Shown: positions 49,758-62,509, numbered from the stretch's first letter. The stretch is DNA of 64,000 nt from Octopus sinensis (GCF_006345805.1 NC_042997.1:186806001-186870000); one strand, 5' to 3'. The notes: generated by a model not told the origin, from the letters alone. Numbers and translations are program-made.

Positions 49758-49794
49758 CTTTTCTTTTTGATGAAATATACAAAAAAAAGAAGTA

Positions 49795-49989
49795 ATTTTG
49801 TTGTGTCTGGGGAGAGTCATTTTCTTTATGTGCCTTATAATGTAACACACTCACCAGTAAAATTTCCATTTATATCTTATTTTTATTTTCCCAAAATTGT
49901 CATTGCATCTTAAGTGGAAATTTTACCGGTGAGTGTGTTACATTATAAGGCACAAAAAGAAAATGACTCTCCCCAGACACAACAGAATA
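49795..49989. repeat. ~74-bp near-perfect inverted repeat with a 46-bp spacer
   Basis: 49795-49868 versus 49915-49989, about 3 mismatches; lies in a fragment ending CAAAGGGTTAA at about 50228. Confidence 0.9.
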
Positions 49990-50510
49990 TGCTTCAACAC
50001 ACGAACTCATATAAAGAATCTTGCAAACCAAATCTAAAAACAAAAAAAAGTAAGCAAACCTTAAAAAACTACTCTGTAAAAAAGGGCAACTAGGAGTGTT
50101 TCCACTTCTCACAACGAAAAGAGTGGGGTTTTTTTTATTCTCAAAACTTCAGGGTAAAGACCTTTTCTGCAGTTAGCAATAAAAAATTTTTTGAGTGGAT
50201 ACATTCACTTTCCATGATCAAAGGGTTAAATATTTAGCCATGTCTACGACCACTGTTCTGCATAACGCACAAACACACGACTATACCTACTTACAGATGC
50301 ATACATCATACACATGACCATATTTCATGACAATTAATGCAAGTCGTTCTCTCTCTCTTTTTTTTTTTTTTAAAAAAAGAGATTTCTGATACTGACAGAA
50401 ATATGAATAGATAATTTCAGGATGACTAGACAAGGCTTTCTATAAATGATTTTATTGATGATGGCATCACTGAGAAGTTCTGATGCTATTAGCATAGATT
50501 TCTTTCAGGA

Positions 50511-50552
<42 letters not shown>

Positions 50553-51224
50553 GAGGTAATGATAAAAATGGTAATGGCACAATAACTTGGTAGATTTCTG
50601 GTTGGCAGAATGTTGATTTCTTGATTGCATTTTGGCAAAAAAATTTTGATATAGCATGGCAAAATTTAGGTCAAGAAATCTAAGCTTAGAAAATACCGCA
50701 GCCCTGGTCAACCACTGACTCTTTACATAGCACATATATAATAACTACTACTACAGTGCAGGAGTTTCTATATGGTCATTTGACCTGTTAAAAACAACTG
50801 CCAAATCATCTTCAAATCACCTTAAAAAAAAAGAACACGGTGGAAAATTTGGCCCTATGCTCCTGGCACAGTACTGTGTCTGCACATGCAAATATTATAA
50901 GTTGCATCAAAATAACAATTATTCTGATAATTAACCCTTTAGCATTCAGATTATTTCATTAAATGTAGTGCTTATTTATTCACATTGATTTGAATTATCA
51001 TGTATTTTCGAGATCACCGTAAACTGCACTTATTTCTTTGGTTGCTTGTGAAGCATTTTTCCCTTTACAGAAAAAGAAAAGCATCAAGTGCCGAAAGGAA
51101 CTTTCTTATCTTCTATTTTAAAGGGTTACAGAATTAATACAGGATATAGGAACATAAACCTTCTTCCACGAAAAGATAGCTTAAACTGTGCTCTAAATGG
51201 AGGTGTAGTCAAATCCTATTTTAT

Positions 51225-51300
51225 GGACTCAACCATGTTCTAAAATAAGTCGAAAGGTAAGCTACTATAAATCGGCACAAACTTTCTGGACAACCCAATA
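51225..51300 (-). mobile_element. Mariner terminal fragment
   Basis: TATTGGGTTGTCCAGAAAG TIR-like end next to (TA)n. Confidence 0.55.
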
Positions 51301-51302
51301 TA

Positions 51303-51344
<42 letters not shown>

Positions 51345-52014
51345 CGACAGGCTTCTTTCAGTTTCCACCTACCAATTCCATATACAAGGCTTTGGTCAGC
51401 CCAAGGTGCCATGCAGTGGGACTGAACCCAGAACCATGTGGTTCGTAAGCAAGCTACTTACCACACAGCCACTCCTACACCTAATCCTAAAAATTTAACA
51501 AGTGCTTTTAGACACTGAATGGCTATGAAGGTCCCACCCTATAAGTAAAATACTAACTAAAGGGGTCCATAGGTAAAAAAATAATTGATAACAACTGCAC
51601 TGGACCCCACTCAAAACCTTGCTCCCTGTAACTATAACCCTTTGGAAACACTTCCTTATCAATATTCTCCTTACATGCTTAACTTGCAAAAGTTCAAACT
51701 GATATATTCTGCATTAATCTTAACAGTCTCCAAGATCATACGAAGGGTCAAGAATCATCCTTTTCATCCAACTAAAATAGGGCCTTTCTTATTTGGTCAC
51801 AAGGTCGCAAATTTAAGGGAAGTGGGGAGGGTGGCAGTGGAGTGGGGATAAAGTAGATTTATATCTCCCGTTGTTAGTACTTGACTGGTACTTTATTTTA
51901 TCAACCCCCACCCCACCCCCACCCACCGGAAGAATGGGTGGCAGAGTTGACCTCGGTGAGGTTTTGAATTTATAACATAAAGGGCCATAAACTAAAAACT
52001 GCAAGACACAATTG

Positions 52015-52074
52015 ATGATGATGATGATGACAATGACAACAATAATGATGATGATGATGATGATGATGACGATC

Positions 52075-52109
<35 letters not shown>

Positions 52110-52640
52110 AACGATGATGATGATGATGATGATGACAGTGACAACAATGATGATGATGACGATGATGATGATGACAACAATGATGATGATGACGATGATG
52201 ATGACAATGATGATGACGATGATGACGATGATGATGATGACAATGATGATGATGATGATGACGATGATGATGATGACAATGATGACGATGATGATGATGA
52301 TGATGATGATGACGATGAGGATGACGACGACAATGATGATGATGATGATGATGACGACGACAACGATGATGATGATAATGATGATGATGACAATGATGAT
52401 GATGATGATGATGATGATGACAATGATGACGACGATGATGATGATGATGATGATGATGACGATGATGATGATGATGGTGATGATGATGATGATGACGACG
52501 ATGATGAATATGATGATGATGATGATGACGACGACAACGATGATGACAGTGATGATGATGATGATGACAATGACAACAATGATGATGATGACGATGACAA
52601 CAATGATGATGATGATAATGATGATGATGACAACGACGAC
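52015..52640. repeat. Long (GAT)/(GAC) trinucleotide array
   Basis: Directly visible; explains the poly-M and poly-S ORFs. Confidence 0.97.
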
Positions 52641-53879
52641 TTAGTGACCACTTCTAGATGACTTGATAATAAATGAAAAAGAATGACAATAGATTGATAA
52701 TGTCTTTGATGTTTATGATATTGGATTAATTAATGAAACATTGATCAGTCAACTAGATGGTTTGGTCAATCGATTAGGTGATAGTTTAATGAGAATTTCA
52801 TGCTGGTTTTGATGATAATCAGATGCCTTCATAATGAAATACAAAAGAGTTTGTAGGTGCCAATAAGTCTGGTTGCCATGACGAGTGAAAAAGAGAAAAA
52901 AAAACACAGAAAACCTGGCGTTGCAAACATCAGGCCCTTCAACAGAGTGGTCAAATAATCAAATAATAACCAGCAAAAAGAGAAAATATATAAAAAAAAT
53001 TTTTGAATATGAATAGGTTAAAGAGTTAGGGACAGGAAGTGAAACAGAAGGGGATGTCAGTGAATAGGGATGCGAAGCGAGTGAGGTATATAGAGATGGG
53101 AAACATAATAAAAGGAGGCTGAGAGCTAGATGGTTGGCGTGGGAAGCTGGCAAGAGATGAGGTGATGGATTAGATAGGGAGAAAGGAAGTGTGTGTGACA
53201 TGTATGGGAAGGAGGAATGCCAGTGTATTATCTTCATAACAATATCTTCATGACGACTGAAGGCTTTATTAAAACTAGATTATGATTTTGCAATGCTTTA
53301 TAATATCAGACTTGTACCGTGGAATATATGTTACAGTTTGGTTTGATAGTTTCTCAATGGTTTCATAATAAACTGATGTCATTACAATGGTTATACAGGT
53401 AGTTTAATGGTATAATTATTTCATAGCTGTGACAAGTCTTTCAACTAAGTAAATAAGTTTATGAATTTTATGGTCATACAATTCTATTAAGTCTATGAAT
53501 AAAGCTGACAATATAAATTGCACACAGGTGGAAACAGAGGAAATCTAGTAGATCTCTGCTATGACCATTCCTTCTTGCTTTCAGACAATATATCTAAGAT
53601 TAGATAACTTAACATGTCCTTTTGTTCTTCAGCTCTTTAGCATTCATATTACATTGTCAAATGTACAGGCGATGAGGGTTTCAATTCATTCAATCAGAGG
53701 AACAGTCAGTTCAGGAAATTAATGTAACAAGTGGTTGAATATTTCACAACCCATTTTAACCCAGGTTAACAATGTCAAAATTTTGAAGATAGTTATTTAA
53801 ACAGGGATAACAAACATATGGTGGTACATTATTTACATTTGACAGATATTTGTCCTCATCAAATCGAAATCGAGATCGG

Positions 53880-54340
53880 AATCGCAATCGAAATTGAACC
53901 AATCCTATGACTGGCACCCAGCAGATTCCAAGACCCCTGGACTGGTGATACGTAAAAAGCACTATCCGAATCGTGGCCGATGCCAGCGCCGCCTCGACTG
54001 GCTTCCGTGCCGGTGGCACGTAAAAAGCACCATCCGAATCGTGGCCGAAGCCAGTGCCACCTCGACTGGCTTCCGTGCCGGTGGCACGTAAAATGCACCA
54101 ATCTGACCGTGGCCGTTGCCAGCCTCGCCTGGCACCTGTGCGGGTGGCACGTAAAAAGCACCCACTACACTCACGGAGTGGTTGGCGTTAGGAAGGAAAC
54201 CCAGCTGTAGAGACATTGCCAGATAAGACTGGAGCCTGGTGCAGCCTTCTGGCTTCCCAGATCCCCGGTCGAACCGTCCAACCCATGCTAGCATGGAGAA
54301 CGGACGTTAAACGATGATGATGATGATGATGATGATGATG
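53880..54340 (+). mobile_element. Family C (RTE 3' end) with tandem units
   Basis: GGCACGTAAAA units, CCAACCCATGCTAGC, (GAT)n. Confidence 0.85.
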
Positions 54341-54341
54341 A

Positions 54342-54455
54342 TCTTGTCTGTTGTTAACACAGTTTTGGCTGATACACCCGCCAGCTTTCATCAGGTGTCT
54401 TGAGGAAATTTCGAAACTGAGTTCTCATTCCTGAGGTATTTTTTGATGTTGTTGT
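54342..54455 (-). mobile_element. Fragment of the same hammerhead-bearing family as 43628-43816; ribozyme core mutated
   Basis: 54357-54398 on the minus strand: ACAC-CTGATGA-A-AGCTG-loop-CAGCC-AAAACT-GTGT (GAAA changed to AAAA). Confidence 0.6.
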
Positions 54456-54479
54456 TGTTATTATTATTATTATTATTAC

Positions 54480-55542
54480 TTTTTTTTTTTCTTCTTTCAA
54501 ATTTGCTTCCATTTCTTGCCGAGTGTCTTCCCGACTCCTAGGGCAAAGAAACTCATAGTATACATTGGTAGGCCATTAAACCAAACTCAATAGTTCATTC
54601 ATTTTTTTTTTTTTTTTTTTAAGTTAAATTAAAATACATGAGCAGCAACAGTTCTCACATCGACAATGCTCTTCTCAATATGTGTGATGTACCAGTTAAG
54701 ACAATCTTTTGCACTTCTTGCAGGGATGGTAAGCCAGGGATCATTCTCATATAATTTTCGGTTCCCTTCTTGATCATTCCTAGTGCTCCTACGATCACTG
54801 GTATTGTAACCGCCTTGAGATGCCACATTTTCTCAATTTCAATGAGTAGGTCTTTATATTTTCTGAGCTTGTCAAACTCTTTCGCTGAGATATTATGATC
54901 ACAGGGGATGCTCATGTCGATCAATAAGCAAACTTTATTGTTTTGGTCTTTCACAACAATATCTGGTTTATTGGCCTTGATGGTTCGGTCTGTATGTATT
55001 GGAAACTCCCACAGAATGGTTACATTTTCTCCTTCAGTTACAGCCTCAGGGTGGTGATTATACCACTTGTCGGCAGTTTTGATATTGTAATGCCGACTTA
55101 TTAGCCAGTGTAGATATTGGCCAACTCTGTCATGTCTTAATTTATACTCCACTGGAGCTAAGACTTTACATCCAGAGATTAGGTGGTCCACTGTTTCAAT
55201 CATGTCGTTGCAGAATCGGCATTTTGGGTCTGCTCCATTTTTCATCACATTGGCCTGGTAGTTCCGGGTTAATAGACTTTGATCTTGAGCAGCCAGGATG
55301 AAACCTTCGCTCTCTGCTTTTAGCCCTGAGCTCCGTAGCCACTGATGGGTTTGCTTCTGGTCAACATCAGCTTGTTTGCTGCGGGTCACATTTTTGCCGT
55401 GCAGAGGTTTCTCCTCCCACCTATCAGCCAATTGCTCGTGCGCTTTATTCGTTGCCATCATTTTCACCTTCTTTGCAACAATAGTTGCCGTACTTCCTTC
55501 GGGTTGTTCAGTTTGGGTATCCTGCACGAGATCAATAGCAAA
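54480..55542 (-). mobile_element. Young 5'-truncated Dong/R4-clade non-LTR retrotransposon in (TAA)n
   Basis: Uninterrupted ORF to 54655, ~175-bp 3' UTR, short A-tail, (TAA)n on both sides. Confidence 0.92.
54655..55542 (-). CDS. C-terminal ~295 aa of an RLE-type non-LTR polyprotein (CCHC knuckle plus PD-(D/E)xK endonuclease); 5'-truncated
   Basis: KPLHG, QWLRSSGLKAESEGFILAAQDQ, CRFC-x8-H-x4-C, RHD, KPDIV, IDMSIP, DKLRKYKDL, IPVIVGALG; the first ~64 aa of the tracked ORF are read-through from family E and (AAT)n. Confidence 0.85.
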   Translation of the reverse strand, partial: FAIDLVQDTQTEQPEGSTATIVAKKVKMMATNKAHEQLADRWEEKPLHGKNVTRSKQADVDQKQTHQWLRSSGLKAESEGFILAAQDQSLLTRNYQANVMKNGADPKCRFCNDMIETVDHLISGCKVLAPVEYKLRHDRVGQYLHWLISRHYNIKTADKWYNHHPEAVTEGENVTILWEFPIHTDRTIKANKPDIVVKDQNNKVCLLIDMSIPCDHNISAKEFDKLRKYKDLLIEIEKMWHLKAVTIPVIVGALGMIKKGTENYMRMIPGLPSLQEVQKIVLTGTSHILRRALSM

Positions 55543-55544
55543 TT

Positions 55545-55564
55545 TTTTATTTTTTTTATTTTTA

Positions 55565-55622
<58 letters not shown>

Positions 55623-55850
55623 CATTATTGAGTGAGAGAGCAGTGCATGCCATCAAAGTGATGATGGGGTAAAATATACGAAGCCCAGCATACTCATCAT
55701 GACTACCTGTCTGATAAGGGTACACTAGGCACATGCATCACAACCATGTGTGCCACATGGTGATCTCATATCAAGATAAACAGCACATGACCTTGCAGGT
55801 GGGGCCCAGTTAGAATTTTCTTCTGGTCGAGTAACCCATCCCACTCAAAA
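55545..55850 (-). mobile_element. Family E 3' part with (AAT)n tail
   Basis: Matches 9903-10195. Confidence 0.8.
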
Positions 55851-56142
55851 GCACCATCTGAATGTGGCTGTTGCCTGCACTGCCTTGACTGGCTTCCATG
55901 CCGGTGGCATGTAAAAAGCACCAAACCGATCCTGGCCATTGCCAGCATCCTCTGGCCCCTGTGCCAGTGGCACATAAAAAGCACCCACTACACTCACGGA
56001 GTGGTTGGTGTTAGGAAGGAAACCCAGCAGTAGAAACACTGCCAGATCAGACTAGAGCCTGGTGCAACCTCCTGGCTTCCCAGACTCCAGTTGAACTGTC
56101 CGACCCATGCCAGCATGGAAAGCATATGATGATGATGATGAT
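55850..56142 (+). mobile_element. Family C (RTE 3' end)
   Basis: Core motifs and (GAT)n. Confidence 0.8.
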
Positions 56143-56527
56143 GAATAGTTTATCCCAGTACAGTAAATTGGCAGTCATTACAATAGTCTCCTAGAAAGAC
56201 GAGTTTTTGTTTCATTGTCTGCCTCAATGACCCTTAGAGCTATGCCAGTGGAGCACTAGCTCCAGGTAGGGAACCCACCTATGCTGGACAGATCCAAGTA
56301 AAGAAACCAGTCAAATATGGACCACCCAGAGGTAGAAATGAGTCTGCATAGGGTGAACACTTCCTACCTAGGAAAAAGAGGTAACTTACTGAAAGTGGAA
56401 ACCTGATGAGAAAAGAGCAGTGGGGCACTCTCTCTAAAACCACTCGACAAAGAACCATTGACAAAAACAGGATACAAAGGGTGGAGAAACTGGAATGAGC
56501 CCAGAACAATGGCAGAAAACATAGCTG

Positions 56528-56752
56528 GTTGGCAGAAATGTTAGCATGCTGGGCGAAATGCTTAGCGGTATTTCGTCTGCCGCTATGTTCTGAGTTCAAA
56601 TTCCGCCGAGGTCAACTTAGCCTTTCATCCTTTTGAGGTTGATAAATTAAGTACCAGTGATGTACTGGAGTTGATATAATCGACTTAATCCATTTGTCTG
56701 TCCTTGTTTGTCCCCTCTGTGTGTAGCCCCTTGTGGGCAGTAAAGAAATAAG
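56528..56752 (+). mobile_element. SINE-B
   Basis: TGGCAGAAATGTTAGC head, GAGTTCAAATTCCGCC, tail. Confidence 0.88.
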
Positions 56753-56842
56753 AAAACATAGCTGGTTGGAGAGACTATATTGTGACCTTATGTACCTCAT
56801 GGCATTCAGAAAACTGACTACACACACACACACACACACATG

Positions 56843-56896
<54 letters not shown>

Positions 56897-56953
56897 ACAC
56901 ACACATTATGGGATCACATTGCACCCAGCTGTTTATATTAATTTTTAGTATAT

Positions 56954-57925
56954 ATTAGGTTGGCAACTAAGTTCCCACAGTATTTTTTAATTCAAATTTT
57001 TTAAAAGGTTTAATAAAAAATAACAACTAATTAATCAATAATGTATTCACCCTTGTTGTTTACAACTCCTCAACATTCAACAAGATTTTCAATCCCTCGT
57101 TGGTAGACATCGCCCAATTTCAATTCAAAAAATTGATCCAGCCAAGCTCTCAATTCTGCATCAGTACTGAACAAAACTCCGCTCATAGCATTTGAAAGAG
57201 ATCAAAAGAGGTGAAAATCCGTTGGTGCCAAATCAGGACAGTACGATGGGTGTGGCAGCACTTTCCAGCCATGCGTTTGAATGGCTTCCTTGATCATATT
57301 GACGATATGAGGGTGGGCATTGTCATGCAGCAGAAGAACTCCATGCTGACAATTAGGTCTTTCCACTTGAATAGCCGCTTCATATTGATGTACAGGCACC
57401 ATTTTTTGTTGCCAGTAATGATTCGGTAAAGAAATCGTTGCTTGTGTCCATGGGATGAATGGTGATGAGCAAGCAAACCAGCAGAGATTGTGGCTCATTG
57501 ATTTTTGTTGTTGTCACTTAAAGCATACGGAACCCATGCTTCATACTTCTGAACCTTTCCCATCCAGTGAAGATGCTTCTCTATAACAGTGTGGGAGCAT
57601 TCCATTTTCTCTGCCAGTTCTCTTGTCATTTGAAAAGAATTTTTGTGCAAAAGTTGATTTAATCGCACTTCATCGAACTCAACTGGATGACCAGAACAAG
57701 GTGCATCTTTGAGGTCAAAATTTCCATTTTTGAACTTGGCATACCAATCACGAGCAGTTCTTTTAGCTATAGCACCCTCTCCATACACAGCACAAATGTT
57801 GTGAGCAGCTTTTGTGGCCTTAGAACTTTGATTAAAAGCAAAAAGCAGAAGGTGTCGAAAATGCTCGTTTTTCTTAACTTGGCATTCCATTTTACTGATC
57901 TGAAAATAGATAAAAATTAACTAAA
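56954..57925 (-). mobile_element. Decayed Mos1-like mariner with internal deletion
   Basis: TIR TATTAGGTTGGCAACTAAG at about 56954; MECQVKKNEHFRHLLLFAF...WVPYAL; ITGNKKWCLY; LLHDNAHPH; HPSYCPDLAPTDFHLF. Confidence 0.92.
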
Positions 57926-58063
57926 ATTAACTAGAAAAAAACAAACAAAAAAATAGATTCCAAAATGATTTTAAAATAGAATTCTCGAAAAAATAGTGTA
58001 TTAGTGTTGGAAGTAGTTTAGTGGTCAAAGTGGTGCTGATAATGATGCAGTGCTGATAATAAA

Positions 58064-58282
58064 GGCAGCGAGCTAGCAAAATCGTTAGCACGCCAGGCGA
58101 AATGCTTAGCGGTATTTCATCTGCCACTACGTTCTGAGTTCAAATTCCGCTGAGGTTGACTTTGCCTTTCATCCTTTTGGGATCAATTAAATAAATACCA
58201 GTTATGTACTGGGATCTAATTGACTTAATCCCTTTGTCTGTCCTTGTTTGTCCCCTCTATGTTTGTGCGCAATAAAGAAATA
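58064..58282 (+). mobile_element. SINE-B
   Basis: Head, B-box and tail motifs. Confidence 0.85.
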
Positions 58283-58832
58283 GATAATGACGCGGTGTAT
58301 TAGTGTTAGTGTGGTGGTCAAGGAAGTAGAGGTAATGATGTGATGAATTTGAGTTGGTGATGGTCAAGTGGTCAACACAGTGGTGCAAATGATGAAGTGT
58401 GTTTGTCTGGGTGGTAGCAGTGTGCTGTCTTGGTGTTAGTAATGGTGGTGTGGTGTATGAGATGTCATTGGTGGTAGTATATTGGCATTAGTGTTGTAGT
58501 CAAGGTAGGTAGTAGTAGTAATGATGTAATATCGATACACCAGTTGTGGTGTATAGGTATTGTTGTTATTGCTGGTGGTGGTGGTGGTGGTGGTGGTGGT
58601 GGTGGTGATGTGGATGTATGGGTATTGATGTAGTGCAGGGAGGGATGAAGGGGTTGTTGATTGTAGTGCATCAGCATTGGGTTGTAGTAATGGTGGGGTG
58701 ATAGTAGTGATGGTGATAGTGGTGGTGGTGTGTGAGTGTGGGGGGGGGGGGGGTAATGATCATGGTAGTGATTGTAGTGGCAGTGGTGGTGGTTGTAATA
58801 ATGGTAGGGTGATAGTAGTGATGGTGATAGTG

Positions 58833-58932
58833 NNNNNNNNNNNNNNNNNNNNNNNNNNNNNNNNNNNNNNNNNNNNNNNNNNNNNNNNNNNNNNNNNNNN
58901 NNNNNNNNNNNNNNNNNNNNNNNNNNNNNNNN
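58833..58932. other. Assembly gap (100 N)
   Basis: Run of N between GGT-rich and TA-rich microsatellites. Confidence 1.
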
Positions 58933-60019
58933 TATATATGTATATATAATATATATATATATATATGTATATATATATGTATATATATATATATATATTA
59001 TATATGTATATATATATATGTATATATATATATATGTATGTATGTATACATATATGTATATATATATATATATATGTATGTATATATATATATATGTATG
59101 TATGTATATATATATATCTGTATGTATGTATATATATATATGTATGTATATATATATATGTAAGTATATATATATATGTATGTATGTATGTATGTATATT
59201 TTCCTCATGTAATGTTGGGGCAGAAAAAAAAATGATGGTTGCTGGGGAGTGAGAAAAGAGAGAAGTTTGAAGAGATAAACAAAAGATAAATAAAGTATTG
59301 TTTGGTTACAAGTTTTTGCTTTTCTCCTCTTTTTATTATTGTTTTTTTAGTTACTGGTGTATCATTCTCTTACATTTTCCATTGTGGTTTTTTTTTTTTT
59401 TTTTCAATTTAAAGTTTTTTACTGAAGTAGGATGACATAAGAAAATGGACATAAAATAATTATACTTTTTTTTTTATCTTTTCTTTTCTTAATATATTGT
59501 TTCCTTGTTTGCTTATGTGTGTGTGTGTGTGTTTATTAAGAAGGGTGATGAGTACTTTAGAAGACAGGTTGAGAGTATTTTGTCATGATTTAAAATTACT
59601 CTAGGTCAACAGAAAATGTTAAGGACTGAAAGCAGGTAGACATTTTGCAAGGAAGTAGCCTTGTTAACCAGGTGAAGCAATTTCAAGAGGGTGGACTGCT
59701 TCAGAATAATCACAGTGTGTGTGTGATGACATGCATGCATGAGACTGTTTATTTAATATCTATTCATGTAATACTGTGATTGTGAAGGAGATGTTGTTTG
59801 TATAACTACAAAAGATGACCAAGGATCAAGGTTACCAGAATGTAATAGAGTGTACCTATGTACACAGTGTAAGATTTGACAGTTGGTGTAGGTAAATTTC
59901 AAAATGTGTTTTGCTGTTGTTACATATGTCTCAGACTCGTGGCACTGATGTAAAGACTGGTGAGGTGTGTGTTTACTTACTTTTGAACATAGTCGTAAAA
60001 TTAATGACATGACTCAATC

Positions 60020-60520
60020 CTTTCTTTTATCTTTCTTTCACTTGTTTCAGTCATGTGACTGAGACCATGCTGGAGCACCGCCTTTAGTCGAGCAAATCGA
60101 CCCCCAGGACTTATTCTTTGTAAGCCTAGTACTTATTCTGTTGGTCTCTTTACTTGTTTCAGTCATGTGACTGTGGCCATGCTGGAGCACCGCCTTTAGT
60201 CGATCAAATCGATCCCAGGACTTATTCTTTGTAAGCCTAGTACTTATTCTATCGGTCTCTTTTGCCGAACTGCTAAGTTACGGGGACGTAAACACACCAG
60301 CATCGATTGTCAAGCGATGTTGGGGGGACAAACACAGACACAGACACACATATATACGACGGGCTTCTTTCAATTTCTGTCTACCAAATCCACTCACAAG
60401 GCTTTGGTCGACCCGAGGCTATAGAAGAAGACAATTGCCCAAGGTGCCATGCAGTGGGACTGAACCTGGTATCATGTGGTTCATAAGCAAGCTACTTACC
60501 ACACAGCCACTCCTATGCCT
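60020..60520 (-). mobile_element. SINE-A with duplicated 3' segment
   Basis: CTTGTTTCAGTCATGTGACTG...TAGTACTTATTCT occurs twice in tandem. Confidence 0.85.
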
Positions 60521-61149
60521 ATATTCATTAATTTAAAGGAAAAGACTATTTTGCCTGTTCTTTTAATACTATTCAGACAGATTAATATAAATAAGTCTTG
60601 ATGTCAGAATAAATCTAATAGATGAGGTCTTAATTATAATTTCTTTCACTTTTCTTATCTCTTTTCTCTCTTTTTTCATGTTTTCTTAGTACTATAGGTT
60701 AAATATTTCCCAATGTTATACATCTATGTATCTTAATTAATTTCTGAGAGGATACAACCAGCTGAATTGGTAGAGTAACTCTTCAGAAGTTGAAGAAGCA
60801 ATGGTTCATATCTTATCAATGACACTTTACAGCATTCACAATAAAGACACTGAATTAGTTTGGTATGTTTAGGTGTCAAAAGATACCATAGGAAATACAG
60901 TTCACTACTATAAACTATTGAGAGCTTCATAAATAAGAAGCAGGAGACATGTATAAGCATTCTCAGTATGGACTCGCATCAAAATTTTTCCTGCATATTA
61001 TGTTTATTCTGTTTTCAGTTTTTTAAATTCTTCTTATCTCTCAATCAACCAACCCATATTTCCAAACTCCTTATTATTTGGATGATTGGAAATGGAAAAA
61101 TGTGGTATTGACACATAATAATAATAATAATAATAATAATATTTTTTTT

Positions 61150-61366
61150 TAATTGCCCACAAAGGGCTGAACATAGAGGGGGCAGACAAAGGGATTAAGT
61201 TGATTACATCGACCCCCAGTGCATAACTGGTACTCAATTTATCAACCCCGAAAGGATGAAAGGCAAAGTTGACCTCGGTGGAATTTGAACTCAGAATGCA
61301 GCAGTGGACAAAATAACACAAAGCATTTCGCCTGGCTTGCTAACGTTTCTGCCAGCTCGCCGCCTT
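61150..61366 (-). mobile_element. SINE-B
   Basis: Ends GCCAGCTCGCCGCC, then an (AAT)/(ACT) array to 61513. Confidence 0.85.
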
Positions 61367-61371
61367 AATAA

Positions 61372-61412
<41 letters not shown>

Positions 61413-61479
61413 GTAATAGTAATACTAATAATACTAATACTAATAATAATAATAATAATAATACTAATAATACTAATAC

Positions 61480-61520
<41 letters not shown>

Positions 61521-61852
61521 GTGTGAGAATTATTGAACTTGAATTTCGCTCTCAGCTGGAAATATTGCCAGTACATCATTTCTATACATTGATAAAGTTT
61601 TCATAATTGAAAACTGTAGCATTTATGAAAAAAACACTCTACTCTAGTGTAAACAATTTTAACCTTTTTGATACTAATTGGTCTGAGAATGCTTTTGGTT
61701 CTATGATACAAACTTCTTGTATCACTGAGATTTAAATTCAAAACCTTCCATCAAAATTTCATATCGCCGTAATGGTTACAGAGTTATTTTATTAAATTCT
61801 TTCTTATTTCAAAATTAAATGAAACAAAAGCAATATACAACAAAAATATGGT

Positions 61853-62275
61853 AACAGGTGTAGGAGTGGCTGTGTGGTAAGTAGCTTGCTTATCAACCAC
61901 ATGGTTCCGGGCTCATTCCCACTGCGTGGTACCTTGGGCATGTGTCTTCTACTATAGCCTCGGGCCAACCAAGGCCTTGTGAGTGGATTTGGTAGACGGA
62001 AACTGAAAGAAGGCCATTGTATTTATGTATATGTATATATATATGTATGTATGTTTGTGTATATGTTTTTCCCCCCCCAACATCGCTTGACAACCGATGC
62101 TGGTGTGTTTACGTCCCCGTAACTTAGCGGTTTGACAAAACAGACCGATAGAATAAGTACTAAGCATACAAAGAATAAGTCCTGGGGTCGATATGTTTGA
62201 CTAAATTAGTGCTCCAGCGTGGCCACAGTCAAATGACTGAAACAAGTAAAAGAGTAACAAGTTCAGCTCAGAATT
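61853..62275 (+). mobile_element. SINE-A, full length
   Basis: Head, centre and tail. Confidence 0.88.
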
Positions 62276-62509
62276 ATAACAACTCAAATTCACAGTTATA
62301 TACAAGCACATTTAAATATTAAAATAAACAGTTACATCTTGAAAGCAAAGCAGTCCTATCTTGCATTTGAGACAATGATACAGGATTTCAGAATTAGATA
62401 TCCTGAGGGGAAATTTAAAGGGTAATGACCAGGTTCTCATTGTTCAATCTATCAAAGTGCAGCAGAAACAACATCTTAACCATGGAATAATCATCTAGAG
62501 TACAAAGGC

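Noticed and set aside
52012-52651. 210-aa poly-Met and 192-aa poly-Ser ORFs
   Set aside because: (GAT)n array artefact.
59935-60862. Two 30-nt plus-strand micro-exon candidates (59935-59964 TRGTDVKTGE; 60833-60862 IHNKDTELV)
   Set aside because: Their phases are incompatible when joined, and such short signals occur by chance; the kinase-like look of the first is too short to support.
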